In this document: positions 48,839 through 58,358 of the stretch, in pieces
How the letters are laid out: the number at the start of each line of letters is the position of its first letter
Numbering within the stretch: position 1 is the stretch's first letter
DNA from: a virus
Strand: one strand, 5' to 3'
Length of the DNA stretch: 64,000 nucleotides
IMG/VR virus record: IMGVR_UViG_3300033753_000334
Span: 34,985-98,984 of that record
Translations under genes and position numbers: made by a program
The notes under the pieces: model-generated
The model's input: the letters and a program-made list of their open reading frames with translations, nothing else
Databases searched by the model: none
Told to the model about the DNA's origin: nothing

Positions 48839-49368
48839 GACGTTTTAAAAGTGGATATGCGAATCGCGGGATGTCATTTGAGCAGTTACTTGATTACTCA
48901 AACCGAATATATGAGAATGCCGGTGTTGCAATTATTAATAAGCGGCCAACGCCAGTCAAAATCATGGGACAAAACGAACGCGGCATGATACACGGGTATC
49001 TGGAGAAACCCTCAACAGTAGATTACGATGGCGTGTACAAAGGTAGAGCCATCGTTTTCGAAGCGAAAAGTACGAAGGAATTAACACGTTTCCCGCTCGG
49101 TAATATCCACGATCATCAGGTAGAGTACTTACGCAAGTGTCACGCATGCGGTGCGGTTGCGTTTCTATTGATCGAGTTTGTAGCTCATCAGACAGTATAT
49201 CTATTTCCATACGGGATGTTAGCGCAGTACTGGGAGAGGGCGAAGAGCGGCAAGAGGGGAACGAAGAGTATCCCATTATCGGAGATGGATGTGTATGCCT
49301 ACCAGGTGAATTCTGGGCGTGTTCCTGTAGATTATTTGAGTGTCGTAGATAAAGTTTGGAGCGTGTAG
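48835..49368 (+). CDS. recU: Holliday junction resolvase RecU
   Basis: ANRGMSFE, KRPTPVKI, STVDYDGVYKG..I.FEAKST, IHDHQ. Confidence 0.93.
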   Translation: MRRFKSGYANRGMSFEQLLDYSNRIYENAGVAIINKRPTPVKIMGQNERGMIHGYLEKPSTVDYDGVYKGRAIVFEAKSTKELTRFPLGNIHDHQVEYLRKCHACGAVAFLLIEFVAHQTVYLFPYGMLAQYWERAKSGKRGTKSIPLSEMDVYAYQVNSGRVPVDYLSVVDKVWSV

Positions 49369-49389
49369 AACTTTTTTTCGATTCGACTG

Positions 49390-49419
49390 AAAAAATACAG
49401 GGCTACTCCGTATAGAGTA
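49390..49419 (+). promoter_or_regulatory. Phage-specific promoter motif, copy 2
   Basis: AAAAAAT-N12-CGTATAGAGTA. Confidence 0.7.
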
Positions 49420-49453
49420 TGTGAGGACAACCTTTAGTAAGGAGATGATATGT

Positions 49454-49978
49454 ATGAGTGACGTGTATTTTGAAGAAGCGCCAGAGGTGAAGGAAATCGC
49501 GGAGCAACTGATTGATCGGCATCATCCACATCTGCAGGATGCAAAGGATGTTATCGGCTATCGTTTTCGCTGCGGTCAGAGCGACTGGGCGGGCAAGGCG
49601 AAGAAACTGACGGCATTTGAGAGATTCGAGACAGGGTACATGCTTATGGTTTTCATCAATAAGGAAGCATGGACAGTACTAAGTGAACCACAACAGGTTG
49701 CTTTGGTCGATCATGAACTTTGCCATTTCTCACGTAAAAGTGAACGTGTTTACGAAAAAGATACGGATGAGTGGGTGGACAAGTGGCTGCCGAAAGAAGA
49801 TCCGTCTAACTGGGTGATGCGTGAGCATGACGTGGAAGAGTTTAGCGATGTTATCAAGCGGCATGGCTTGTGGGAGACGGGAATTGAGAAGTTTGCGTCT
49901 GTGGTGCGAAATGCGGATCATCAGATGGACTTAGATGATTTGGAGCGTGAACAAAAAGGATTGCGTGTTGTGAAATAA
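49454..49978 (+). CDS. Putative phage metallopeptidase
   Basis: LVDHELCH (HExxH) and HDVEEF..V..RHG. Confidence 0.8.
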   Translation: MSDVYFEEAPEVKEIAEQLIDRHHPHLQDAKDVIGYRFRCGQSDWAGKAKKLTAFERFETGYMLMVFINKEAWTVLSEPQQVALVDHELCHFSRKSERVYEKDTDEWVDKWLPKEDPSNWVMREHDVEEFSDVIKRHGLWETGIEKFASVVRNADHQMDLDDLEREQKGLRVVK

Positions 49979-50046
49979 GTAGATGATACTGCTATCTGTC
50001 GAGGGAGATGTCGGCGGATAGCAGGTTTTCATTATCAGTATAGGAG

Positions 50047-51717
50047 ATGGCATGTAAGGAAAGGGGAGTAACCTTGAAAACTGTATACAAGTTTATGAGT
50101 ATATTTTGTGGAATCGGCGGCGGCACAAAGGGCTTCTTGCAGTCTCGTGGAGAATGGAAAGGGGCAGTTGGACGGTTTGAAGCATTAGTTGGTATTGATT
50201 CCGATCCAACGGTATGCCGTAATTATGAGCGAATCACGGGATCACCAGCAGCTTGCATGGACTTATTTTCTCGGAAGCAGTATATAGACTTCCATGGCCA
50301 AGAACCGCCGGAAGATTGGCAAGAAGTGACCTATGCTGATATACGAGATGCCTGCGGTGGAGAATATCCAGATGTGATTTTCACATCACCACCATGTAAA
50401 TCGTTTTCGGCTTTGCTTCCAGAAAAGAGTGCTAAAACGAAAAAGTATCAAGCTTTGAGCGAACTTACGGTTCGTGGAATCAGGCTGTGCTTAGAAGCTT
50501 TCGAGGATAATCTCCCGGCACTATTTCTACTGGAGAATGTACCGAGAATCAAAACACGGGGTAAGAAGCTGCTAGATGAAATCAAAGCACTACTGCACTC
50601 TTATGGCTATGTAACCGACGACGCCGACCATGACTGTGGGGAAATCGGTGGGCTCGGCCAGCGGCGGAAACGGTACCTACTGATTGCTCGGCAGGAGCAA
50701 AAATGTTGCAGCTTTGTCTATAAACCGGAGAAAAAGCCATTGAGAACCATTGGCGACATTATCGGTCCTCTACCGATGCCGGATGACCCGGCGGCAGGCC
50801 CTTTACATCGGTTGCCGCGCCTTCAATGGAAGACCTGGCAACGTCTCGCTTTGATACCGGCCGGCGGAGATTGGCGAGACCTTGAAAAAGTGGATTGGCA
50901 GAACCTGCGAATTACATATGAGCCACGAAAAGGAGCACTGGGAGTAGCGGATTGGGATGAGCCAAGCGGCGCTGTAACAGGAGCGGCTGGATACGGTCGG
51001 AGCAATGGTACTCAAGCGGTCGCGGATCCGCGTTTGCCTGAACGGGAAAGTAGGCATCCGGGAGTGTATCGGGTTGTCCGATTTGACGAAACGGCGCCAT
51101 GTGTGACAGGTACCCGGTTTGGCAGCGGCGCACTAGCTGTATCGGACCCAAGAACAGGCTTTGCCGAAGGAACGCATCGGTCGATTTACCGGGTGCATGG
51201 ATGGGAGGAGATTGCAGGCACCGTCACCGGAGCGATCGGCCCGAATAATGGCGCTGTCTGCGTGAATGATCCTCGCCTTGACTGCAATCCACGCTCGGGA
51301 ACGATGGGGGTGCAAGCGTGGGATGAACCAGGAAAAACGGTGATAGGCAGTGGAGATATCCACGCCGGCGCGGCGGCCGTCGCCGACCCGAGAATTCCTG
51401 AAGCGCACGAAAAAGGTGTGTTTGTAATTATTGCGGAAGATGGAACATGGCACAGACCTCTAACAACTTTCGAATTGGCAGCACTGCAGGGATTTGATTA
51501 TCTGGCAGACGGCAGCATCTTCACTCTGGAAGGTGGAAGCGATGCAAAATACCGTGAATGGATTGGAAACGCGGTACCACCAGCTGCTGCTGAAGCAATT
51601 GGCAATGTGATGCTTGCAGCACTCATGCCAAGCCAGGAAGGTGTATGGGTGCTTGGTAATACTGATATCTGGGTTGTTCCTGACGATGGAGAAAAAGAAG
51701 TCGAGCTTGTGCAGTAA
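50047..51717 (+). CDS. DNA cytosine-5 methyltransferase
   Basis: FCGIGG, SPPCKSFS, LENV, QRRKR, ELAALQGF, IGNAVPP; repeated DPR-containing variable region. Confidence 0.93.
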   Translation: MACKERGVTLKTVYKFMSIFCGIGGGTKGFLQSRGEWKGAVGRFEALVGIDSDPTVCRNYERITGSPAACMDLFSRKQYIDFHGQEPPEDWQEVTYADIRDACGGEYPDVIFTSPPCKSFSALLPEKSAKTKKYQALSELTVRGIRLCLEAFEDNLPALFLLENVPRIKTRGKKLLDEIKALLHSYGYVTDDADHDCGEIGGLGQRRKRYLLIARQEQKCCSFVYKPEKKPLRTIGDIIGPLPMPDDPAAGPLHRLPRLQWKTWQRLALIPAGGDWRDLEKVDWQNLRITYEPRKGALGVADWDEPSGAVTGAAGYGRSNGTQAVADPRLPERESRHPGVYRVVRFDETAPCVTGTRFGSGALAVSDPRTGFAEGTHRSIYRVHGWEEIAGTVTGAIGPNNGAVCVNDPRLDCNPRSGTMGVQAWDEPGKTVIGSGDIHAGAAAVADPRIPEAHEKGVFVIIAEDGTWHRPLTTFELAALQGFDYLADGSIFTLEGGSDAKYREWIGNAVPPAAAEAIGNVMLAALMPSQEGVWVLGNTDIWVVPDDGEKEVELVQ

Positions 51718-51759
51718 ATTTTTGCATAATCAGGAGATGAATGAGTAAGGAGGCGCTGT

Positions 51760-52038
51760 ATGGGATATCCACGAAGTGAGCAGGAGACGGTACTTGTGTT
51801 TGAAGCAGAGTCGGGCATGTGGAATGCGTATTCTACGATTCCGAAACACATCCGGCGTTTGCAGAAAATTACGGAGAACGTAGAAATTATGGAAACGGAC
51901 GAGAACGGGAATCCGCAGGCGGCCAGGTGTGTACTGGATGAGAAGCAAGTGCGGATGGTAGCGAAACGGGAGATGTCAGAGGAGCAGAGAGAAGCAGCAA
52001 GTGAGCGGTTGAAGAAAATGATTGTTAAGAAAATTTAA
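51760..52038 (+). CDS. Hypothetical phage protein
   Basis: EQETV...MSEEQREAASERL; AAGGAGG RBS. Confidence 0.65.
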   Translation: MGYPRSEQETVLVFEAESGMWNAYSTIPKHIRRLQKITENVEIMETDENGNPQAARCVLDEKQVRMVAKREMSEEQREAASERLKKMIVKKI

Positions 52039-52040
52039 AA

Positions 52041-52098
52041 TAAAAATAAATCCACTCACCATTTTAATATGTTTAAATAGTGAGTGGATTTATTTTTA
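52041..52098. terminator. Long inverted repeat (bidirectional terminator)
   Basis: TAAAAATAAATCCACTCAC...GTGAGTGGATTTATTTTTA. Confidence 0.75.
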
Positions 52099-52165
52099 TA
52101 AAAAGGTATTTTTTATGGAACTTGGCTTTTAAAAATTGTACAATCTAAAACAAGGGGGGAAATAT

Positions 52166-53671
52166 ATGGATATTGGCAGTAAACTATTACAAGTTGAATT
52201 TGGATCAATCGATGGAATGAATGATCCTAATCTTGAGAAATATTTCTTCGATGATAATTACTGGGATAGTATTGTTGAGAATAAAATGTTTTTTGTAATA
52301 GGTAGAAAAGGAACAGGAAAATCAGCTATTTATAACTGGATTAAAATTCAGGGTACTAAGGGAGGGCATCTTGTTAATAATTTATCGTTTAAAGAATTTC
52401 CTTTTGAAAAGCTATTACAATTGACAGACGATGATTATTCTACACCAAATCAGTATCAAAGTATATGGAGGAACATAATATTATCTGAGTTAGCTAGACA
52501 AATAGTTACTGATGAAAAGGCCATTCATAACGACATATTTAATAGTTTATCTGAGCATGTGAAATATACCTTTGGAAAAGATGTATTAGATGTTCATACT
52601 GTTGTGACTAGAATGGCTAAAAAGTTTACCGATACTATAAAAATACCTACACTTCCTATTTTAAAAAGCGGTTATGAACATAAAGAGGAAAGAAGTCGGG
52701 ATATCGAGCTGGATAAGAGATATGAAAATGTTACTATGCTAAATAGAAAGCTGGAAGATATGATATTGGATTATCTAAAGATATATCCACATAACACAAA
52801 GTTTATAGTTCAATTCGATCAATTGGACGATAACTATACAACATTTATAAACAAGGAAAAATATTTTCAATCTATTATAAGTTTGTTCAAAGTTATATAT
52901 AGTCTAAATCAATCTTTCCTTAGACTTCAACTACCAGCTTTAATTATTGCTTATCTAAGGTCAGATATTTTTTATAGAATTGATCAATATGATGCAGAGA
53001 GTGCTAGATGGGATGAACATAAGTATGATTTATATTGGACTGTCAAGACAACTAATGACTATAGTTTTGGTAAATTAAGGAAAATGATAAATCAACGAAT
53101 TAGATCTTCAATTTCAATTAAATCAAACGATCCGTGGAGTGAAATTTTTGATAACGAACAAATAAGCTTAAAAGTTGGAAATGATTTTAAATACGATGTT
53201 TTTAAATATATAGTAAATAGAACTTTTCATAGACCACGTGATGTTGTTCAGTTTTGCAAAAAAATACAAAAAAAATGTGAGGAAACTGGTATCTTGAATT
53301 TTAGGACTATTAGGGATGCAGAAAACGAGTATTCTCTTTGGTTACTACAAGAAATAAAGAATGAAATAGGCAATGAAGTAAAAAATATGGATGCTTTATA
53401 TGATTTCTTAAGAAGGGTAGGTTCTAGACCGACTAGCATTTCTCGCTTTAAATCTATTTACAATAGCTATAAAGATGATGTTGGATTAAATGACAATAAA
53501 ATATTAAAAATGCTCTATTTAAATGGAATTGTACTGAATGTTCAATATTTAAAGAGAGAAAAAAGATTTTATTCAGTACTTAGGAATGATCGTTCTAATT
53601 TAAATCCAGATTTAGAAATAGAAATACACAAAGGTTTATGGAAAGGGATACATGTATCTACATATATGTAA
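52166..53671 (+). CDS. P-loop NTPase (Sll1717-like), AT-rich moron
   Basis: FFVIGRKGTGKSA, VQFDQLDD, LRSDIF, RPRDVVQF; bounded by hairpins at 52041 and ~53708. Confidence 0.8.
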   Translation: MDIGSKLLQVEFGSIDGMNDPNLEKYFFDDNYWDSIVENKMFFVIGRKGTGKSAIYNWIKIQGTKGGHLVNNLSFKEFPFEKLLQLTDDDYSTPNQYQSIWRNIILSELARQIVTDEKAIHNDIFNSLSEHVKYTFGKDVLDVHTVVTRMAKKFTDTIKIPTLPILKSGYEHKEERSRDIELDKRYENVTMLNRKLEDMILDYLKIYPHNTKFIVQFDQLDDNYTTFINKEKYFQSIISLFKVIYSLNQSFLRLQLPALIIAYLRSDIFYRIDQYDAESARWDEHKYDLYWTVKTTNDYSFGKLRKMINQRIRSSISIKSNDPWSEIFDNEQISLKVGNDFKYDVFKYIVNRTFHRPRDVVQFCKKIQKKCEETGILNFRTIRDAENEYSLWLLQEIKNEIGNEVKNMDALYDFLRRVGSRPTSISRFKSIYNSYKDDVGLNDNKILKMLYLNGIVLNVQYLKREKRFYSVLRNDRSNLNPDLEIEIHKGLWKGIHVSTYM

Positions 53672-53830
53672 TCATTAGTATTACTGGGCTGAATGAGAGA
53701 CTATATTTAGACTACTGAGAGATTCTTAGTAGTCTTTTTCTTTTTCCAGTAACTTCATAGGAAATTACGGCACATTCATGGAATAATGTTCACTGAATAG
53801 TGAACAATCGGCCAGAGTAGAGAAATCACT

Positions 53831-54076
53831 CTACTCGTTTTGGCTCCTGCTTTTGCGACTTTTTGGTACTTCAACCCATTCGTATAGCTCATCCGGGTGA
53901 CAACCAAGGAAACGCGCAAAGGCGACTGCGGTAGGTAGGGACATTTTCTTTCTTCCACTGGCATAGTCACTAACCTGAGAACGTGCCATATCCAGGGCGT
54001 TAGCGGCATCTTGTTGTGTTTTCCCGGCCTCTCGCGGTCGTTGTCGAAGCAGCCACCTTCCATACTGAAGAGCCAT
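53831..54076 (-). CDS. Small XRE/Cro-like HTH protein
   Basis: KTQQDAANALDMARSQVSDYASG...FLGCHPDELYEW; start uncertain. Confidence 0.8.
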   Translation of the reverse strand: MALQYGRWLLRQRPREAGKTQQDAANALDMARSQVSDYASGRKKMSLPTAVAFARFLGCHPDELYEWVEVPKSRKSRSQNE

Positions 54077-54158
54077 TGGCCGATGGTCTACCTCCAACAA
54101 CAAAGATACCATTATATTACTACATGTCGCATGTATTGACATCAAGAGGCGATACATC

Positions 54159-54359
54159 GTGTTCGAAGAATTGTGTCGGACAGCAGAAGTTTATTTCCTC
54201 ATAAAACAGAAGAGCAAGCGAGCCAGGACGAAATTTATCAAAATCACGGATTGGAAGCAGGAGGGGGACACATATACGTTTTACGCCATGTTTCAGGGAA
54301 AAAATCAGATACGCATACATAAAGTGACTATTCACAAAGACGGTTCAATTGTCGAATAG
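54159..54359 (+). CDS. Small hypothetical protein
   Basis: GAGG RBS; 66 aa. Confidence 0.5.
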   Translation: MFEELCRTAEVYFLIKQKSKRARTKFIKITDWKQEGDTYTFYAMFQGKNQIRIHKVTIHKDGSIVE

Positions 54360-54547
54360 TCTTTTTTTGATGTCGAAAAATAGGAGAATTGTGTAAAAAG
54401 AATTATCGAATAGTATGAAAAACGAGGGATTAATGGTATTGTTTTGAAAAAAAGGGATAGAACAAAGGGAGTGGTTAATATGAACTATAAATGAAATAGC
54501 CTGTACAGTTATTAAACGGTACAGGCAACGTATAATCAATCAGTAAC

Positions 54548-54940
54548 CTATTTTTCATTAGTTGTGCTTCTCTCCTGGCTTTGGTTTTTCTTCAGTTTAG
54601 CTATCATGAGTAGTTCATACTGATCTTTATCGCTCAGGGAACGGAACAAGTCAAGTAACTCCTGTTCTCGATCGCTTAGTACTTGCGGTTGGACAAGGGT
54701 GTTCTCGATCTCGTTTTTTTCTAAGTCTTCAAAAAGAGAGCTTTTGGTGATTTTGAATTCGTTAGATATTTTTTCTATTACGCCTGCTCTAGGCATCTTT
54801 TTTGCTTTTTCCCAATCTGAAACTGTAGATATGCCAACACCCAGTTTTTCCGCTAATTCTTTTTGGGTTAAGTGATTATTTTTTCTAATTTTGCGTATAT
54901 TTTTTGCGAATATTTCCGTTAACAGCTTTTCATCTCCCAT
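54548..54940 (-). CDS. CI-like XRE repressor
   Basis: NIRKIRKNNHLTQKELAEKLGVGISTVSDWEKAKKMP; AAGGAG RBS before 54940; divergent from the Cro-like gene. Confidence 0.88.
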   Translation of the reverse strand: MGDEKLLTEIFAKNIRKIRKNNHLTQKELAEKLGVGISTVSDWEKAKKMPRAGVIEKISNEFKITKSSLFEDLEKNEIENTLVQPQVLSDREQELLDLFRSLSDKDQYELLMIAKLKKNQSQERSTTNEK

Positions 54941-54993
54941 AGTTATCAGCTCCTTTATTCGTTTTTTATTATAACCACTTAACAAAAAAATTC

Positions 54994-55056
54994 AACTAAA
55001 AGCGAAAAAAAATACGTTTTAAACGAAAAAATAATTGAAATTTCGCTTTTAGCGTA
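54994..55056. promoter_or_regulatory. CI/Cro switch operators
   Basis: Related imperfect palindromes CTAAAAGCGAA, ACGTTTTAAACGAA, TTCGCTTTTAGCGT; a further copy CCGCTTTTAGCGAA at ~55304-55317. Confidence 0.65.
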
Positions 55057-55087
55057 ATAAAATTAAAAATGAAAGGAGGCTATACTG

Positions 55088-55345
55088 ATGAACAATGAAA
55101 CACCTGCGTATTTGAGAAATACAATTCGTTCACTGCGTATAAAGTTAGGATATACGCAACAAGAAGCCGCTGAATTGATTGGTATTTCCCCTGTTACTTT
55201 ACGAGTTTGGGAAAAAGATTCATCGAACATACCGTTTAAAAAAATCAAGAAAATCGAAGAGGTTTATCATACGCCCCAGGACTATATTTTTTTTGGTAGC
55301 GAATCCGCTTTTAGCGAAATGATGAAATGCCAAAATATCTCTTAA
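55088..55345 (+). CDS. Cro-like HTH protein
   Basis: IRSLRIKLGYTQQEAAELIGISPVTLRVWE. Confidence 0.88.
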   Translation: MNNETPAYLRNTIRSLRIKLGYTQQEAAELIGISPVTLRVWEKDSSNIPFKKIKKIEEVYHTPQDYIFFGSESAFSEMMKCQNIS

Positions 55346-55492
55346 GCATCAGTTGTATAGAAAGCAGCATGATTGTGTGGAGAGGGAGCGGTTCCTTATA
55401 TACGGTAGGGAGCCGTCCCAGTATATCTAATTTCTAATTACATCTTAGATTAATACATACTATTCAGACTTTTAAAAAAGGAGTGTTCACAA

Positions 55493-56014
55493 TTGCGTGA
55501 AAGCCTTACTAACATGTTTGCTGGCGGAGACTATGAGCAAGCATACCAAAAGTTAAAGTCGGATGTGACTGCAAAAGTATGTAGTTGTAGTACGGAAGTA
55601 AAGGGAGAAGAGATCGATGATATTGTCCAGGATGCAGCCATTAAACTGATTTTGTCCATTGATAGATATGATAGTGAAAAAGGGAGAGTATCCACTTTTC
55701 GAGATCATATCATTACAAATGTGCTGATTGATCGGATACGGCGTTGGAGATCGTTTTCAAACCGGAGTGTCGTGTACGACAGTGAGATGATAAATCATGT
55801 GGTTGATGATAGGTGTGAGAAAGTAGATTTTGATATGGATTTTGAGCGTTGGTTCGATACATTATCGCATGTCGAACAGCAAATTGTTCGTATGCGATTG
55901 GATGGAAAGAATAATACAACGATTGCTCGAGAATTAGGATGTTCTAATTCCTCCATCACTACCTATCGACAGGCGGTTCGAAAAAAATGGAATCGTTTTT
56001 TCTGCGTAACATAG
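55493..56014 (+). CDS. ECF-like sigma-70 factor
   Basis: DDIVQDAAIKL...YDSEKG..ST; region 4 LSHVEQQIVRMRL.G....IARELG. Confidence 0.82.
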   Translation: MRESLTNMFAGGDYEQAYQKLKSDVTAKVCSCSTEVKGEEIDDIVQDAAIKLILSIDRYDSEKGRVSTFRDHIITNVLIDRIRRWRSFSNRSVVYDSEMINHVVDDRCEKVDFDMDFERWFDTLSHVEQQIVRMRLDGKNNTTIARELGCSNSSITTYRQAVRKKWNRFFCVT

Positions 56015-56063
56015 TCAGATAGTTGACCTCTACGAAAAAAGTAGGGGTCGTTCATTTTTCTTT

Positions 56064-56094
56064 AAAAAATCACCTAGATGCTTCGTATAGAGTA
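56064..56094 (+). promoter_or_regulatory. Phage-specific promoter motif, copy 3
   Basis: AAAAAATCACCTAGATGCTTCGTATAGAGTA, one mismatch to copy 1. Confidence 0.78.
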
Positions 56095-56121
56095 GATAGA
56101 AAACTTTGGAGGTGATAAATC

Positions 56122-56670
56122 ATGACAGCTAAAGAATTGGCAGAAGCCAATATTAAACTTGTGTATTTAATCGCTCATCGCTACAAAAACTTGGGAGAGT
56201 TTGAAGAATTAGTTGCAAATGGCATGGTAGGACTAGTGAAAGCAGCACGGAACTATCAGGAAGGTAGGGTTGCATTTTCTACTTATGCGTGTAGATGTAT
56301 CGAGAACGAAATCAAAATTCGGCATCGGTTTGAAAGGAACCCCAAACGGTACCCGGAGAAAAGCTTATTGAGCCTGGATTATACAATAGGAGACGATGAT
56401 AAAAACGAGGGGAGTTTTGATTGCTGGATACCAAGCTCGGAACAAACGCCGCTTGAGATTATAGAGAAGAAAGAATTCTGGAATATGACGAAAGCATTCA
56501 TCGAGCAACTTGACGAAAGGGAACGAACGGTATTTGAAGGTATTATGATTCATGGGTTGAATCAACCTCAAATCTCCTCGTCTCTTGGTGTTACACAGTC
56601 ATGGGTTTCAAGGATGCTTAAGAAATTGAAGCAGCAGTATCGCAATTTTGCGATGAGTTACGGTTTCTAG
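56122..56670 (+). CDS. SigE/SigK-like sigma factor
   Basis: NIKLVYLIAHRY, GMVGLVKA, FSTYACRCIENEI, GVTQSWVSR. Confidence 0.85.
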   Translation: MTAKELAEANIKLVYLIAHRYKNLGEFEELVANGMVGLVKAARNYQEGRVAFSTYACRCIENEIKIRHRFERNPKRYPEKSLLSLDYTIGDDDKNEGSFDCWIPSSEQTPLEIIEKKEFWNMTKAFIEQLDERERTVFEGIMIHGLNQPQISSSLGVTQSWVSRMLKKLKQQYRNFAMSYGF

Positions 56671-56679
56671 TAAAGGGGT

Positions 56680-57819
56680 ATGGGGGAGATGAGATACAAC
56701 GCTTTTTTGGGAGATGTAGATGTGTTTGTAGAGCAACATCAACGATTGGTGTGGAACTGTGTTCAGCGTTTTATTAAACCAGCAGCATCTAAAGGAATAG
56801 AAGCAGATGACTTATTTCAAGTAGGTTGTATTGGACTTCTTAGGGCATATGAGAAATTTGATCCAGATAATTTCACTGGTGTTACCAGGTTTTCAACGTA
56901 TGGAGTACCAATGATTATTGGGGAAATTCGGCGGTTTTTGCGTGATTATAATTCTGTTAAGGTATCACGTAGTTATAGGGGATTGTTGAAAAGAATAAAA
57001 GATGAAAATTTATTGGGGCTACCTGTATCAGAAATTGCAATAAAATTTGATGTGTCCGAAAAAAGTGTAGAAGAAGCACTGAGATTGCAAGAGCTCCAGA
57101 TTACATCAATGGACGCTACGTTTGATTTGAAAGATGATAGTGAGTCTCTTTCATTACATGACCAAATACCTTCAAATGTTGATTATACAGGCATATCTGT
57201 GTATGAATTTTTAGGTTCATTGTCGGAACGCGAACAGAAGATTGCGGAGATGTTGATGGATGGTAAAGTGCAACAAGAAATTGCGTCAGTTTTAGGGATA
57301 AGTCAGGTTCAGGTTTCGCGTTTGTTAAAGAAGATACGCCGGAAATATCAAGAATATTATGAAGGAGAGGGTGTTATGGGAGAAAAAAAGAAACGTGTTA
57401 AATTGACACGTGGGTTGTATGAAAGTATGGTGCGCCAAGGGAAAAGTGATAAGGAGATTGCGGTAGAGTTGGGATATCAGCCGACCACAATCACGTATTA
57501 CCGGAAAAAGTGGGAACAAGAGGACAAGCAGACAAAGGAGGGAGTTTTTCAACAGCAGGTACCTGAGGAGTCCGAGAAAAAACAGGAAAGTCAACCTGGT
57601 GAAAACAGAACGCAGGAGATGGATGATATGAAGAATGAAGAATCGAAAGTGAAAATTTCGGCTGCGAAAGTAGAAAACACAGCATTGCATACATTGCTAA
57701 ATGGTGAGGAAGTTGAATTATCGGAATCTGCGGCTGACAAATTATGCGCTGCTCTCCAAGCACTGAAAATCAAATATGTTCGGGAGAAATTGACGATTGT
57801 CAAAGTGAAACTGAAATGA
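56680..57819 (+). CDS. SigF/SigG-like sigma factor with an extra C-terminal HTH and extension
   Basis: DDLFQVGCIGL, FSTYGVPMIIGEIRRFLRD, GISQVQVSR; then GKSDKEIAVELGYQPTTI. Confidence 0.9.
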   Translation: MGEMRYNAFLGDVDVFVEQHQRLVWNCVQRFIKPAASKGIEADDLFQVGCIGLLRAYEKFDPDNFTGVTRFSTYGVPMIIGEIRRFLRDYNSVKVSRSYRGLLKRIKDENLLGLPVSEIAIKFDVSEKSVEEALRLQELQITSMDATFDLKDDSESLSLHDQIPSNVDYTGISVYEFLGSLSEREQKIAEMLMDGKVQQEIASVLGISQVQVSRLLKKIRRKYQEYYEGEGVMGEKKKRVKLTRGLYESMVRQGKSDKEIAVELGYQPTTITYYRKKWEQEDKQTKEGVFQQQVPEESEKKQESQPGENRTQEMDDMKNEESKVKISAAKVENTALHTLLNGEEVELSESAADKLCAALQALKIKYVREKLTIVKVKLK

Positions 57820-58358
57820 GAAATGAAGAGCTGCTTGCTTTGGCACGGGCCGGGGATGCGGAAGCATATCAAAGGTTGTATGAGAACAATACAAAGCTCA
57901 TCTGGCGTGTGATTCATACGTTTTCTCCATCGCAGCGGGATATGGATGATTTTTATTCGGTTGCTTGTATCGGCTTCATGAAAGCGTGCATTCACTATCA
58001 AGTTGGTAAGAGCAAGTTCTCTACTTATCTCTATAAATGTGTGCAATCGGAGATTCATCATTATCTTCGGAAGCTGAAATATCGACGGCATGAAGTACCG
58101 ATGCTGGGAATGCCGGAGAAGGCGACAAACACGGAGAATATGTCGAACTTTCATCAGATTGTAGGAGAGTTCATTGCTAGCTTAGGAGAAGTAGATAAGC
58201 AAATATTTGTGAAACGGTATCTCATTGGGCAGTCACAGGCATACGTGGCGCGAAGTTTGGGAATTTCGCAGACGACAGTATGGCGGAGGGAGAAGGCGAT
58301 CATTCAAAAATTGGGTCAAAAAGTGAGAGAGGTGGAAGGAGATGAAACCACCGTTTGA
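57816..58358 (+). CDS. Short sporulation-type sigma factor
   Basis: NEELLALARAGD.EA..L, ACIGFMKA, KFSTY, SQAYVARSLGISQTTVWRREK. Confidence 0.82.
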   Translation: MRNEELLALARAGDAEAYQRLYENNTKLIWRVIHTFSPSQRDMDDFYSVACIGFMKACIHYQVGKSKFSTYLYKCVQSEIHHYLRKLKYRRHEVPMLGMPEKATNTENMSNFHQIVGEFIASLGEVDKQIFVKRYLIGQSQAYVARSLGISQTTVWRREKAIIQKLGQKVREVEGDETTV

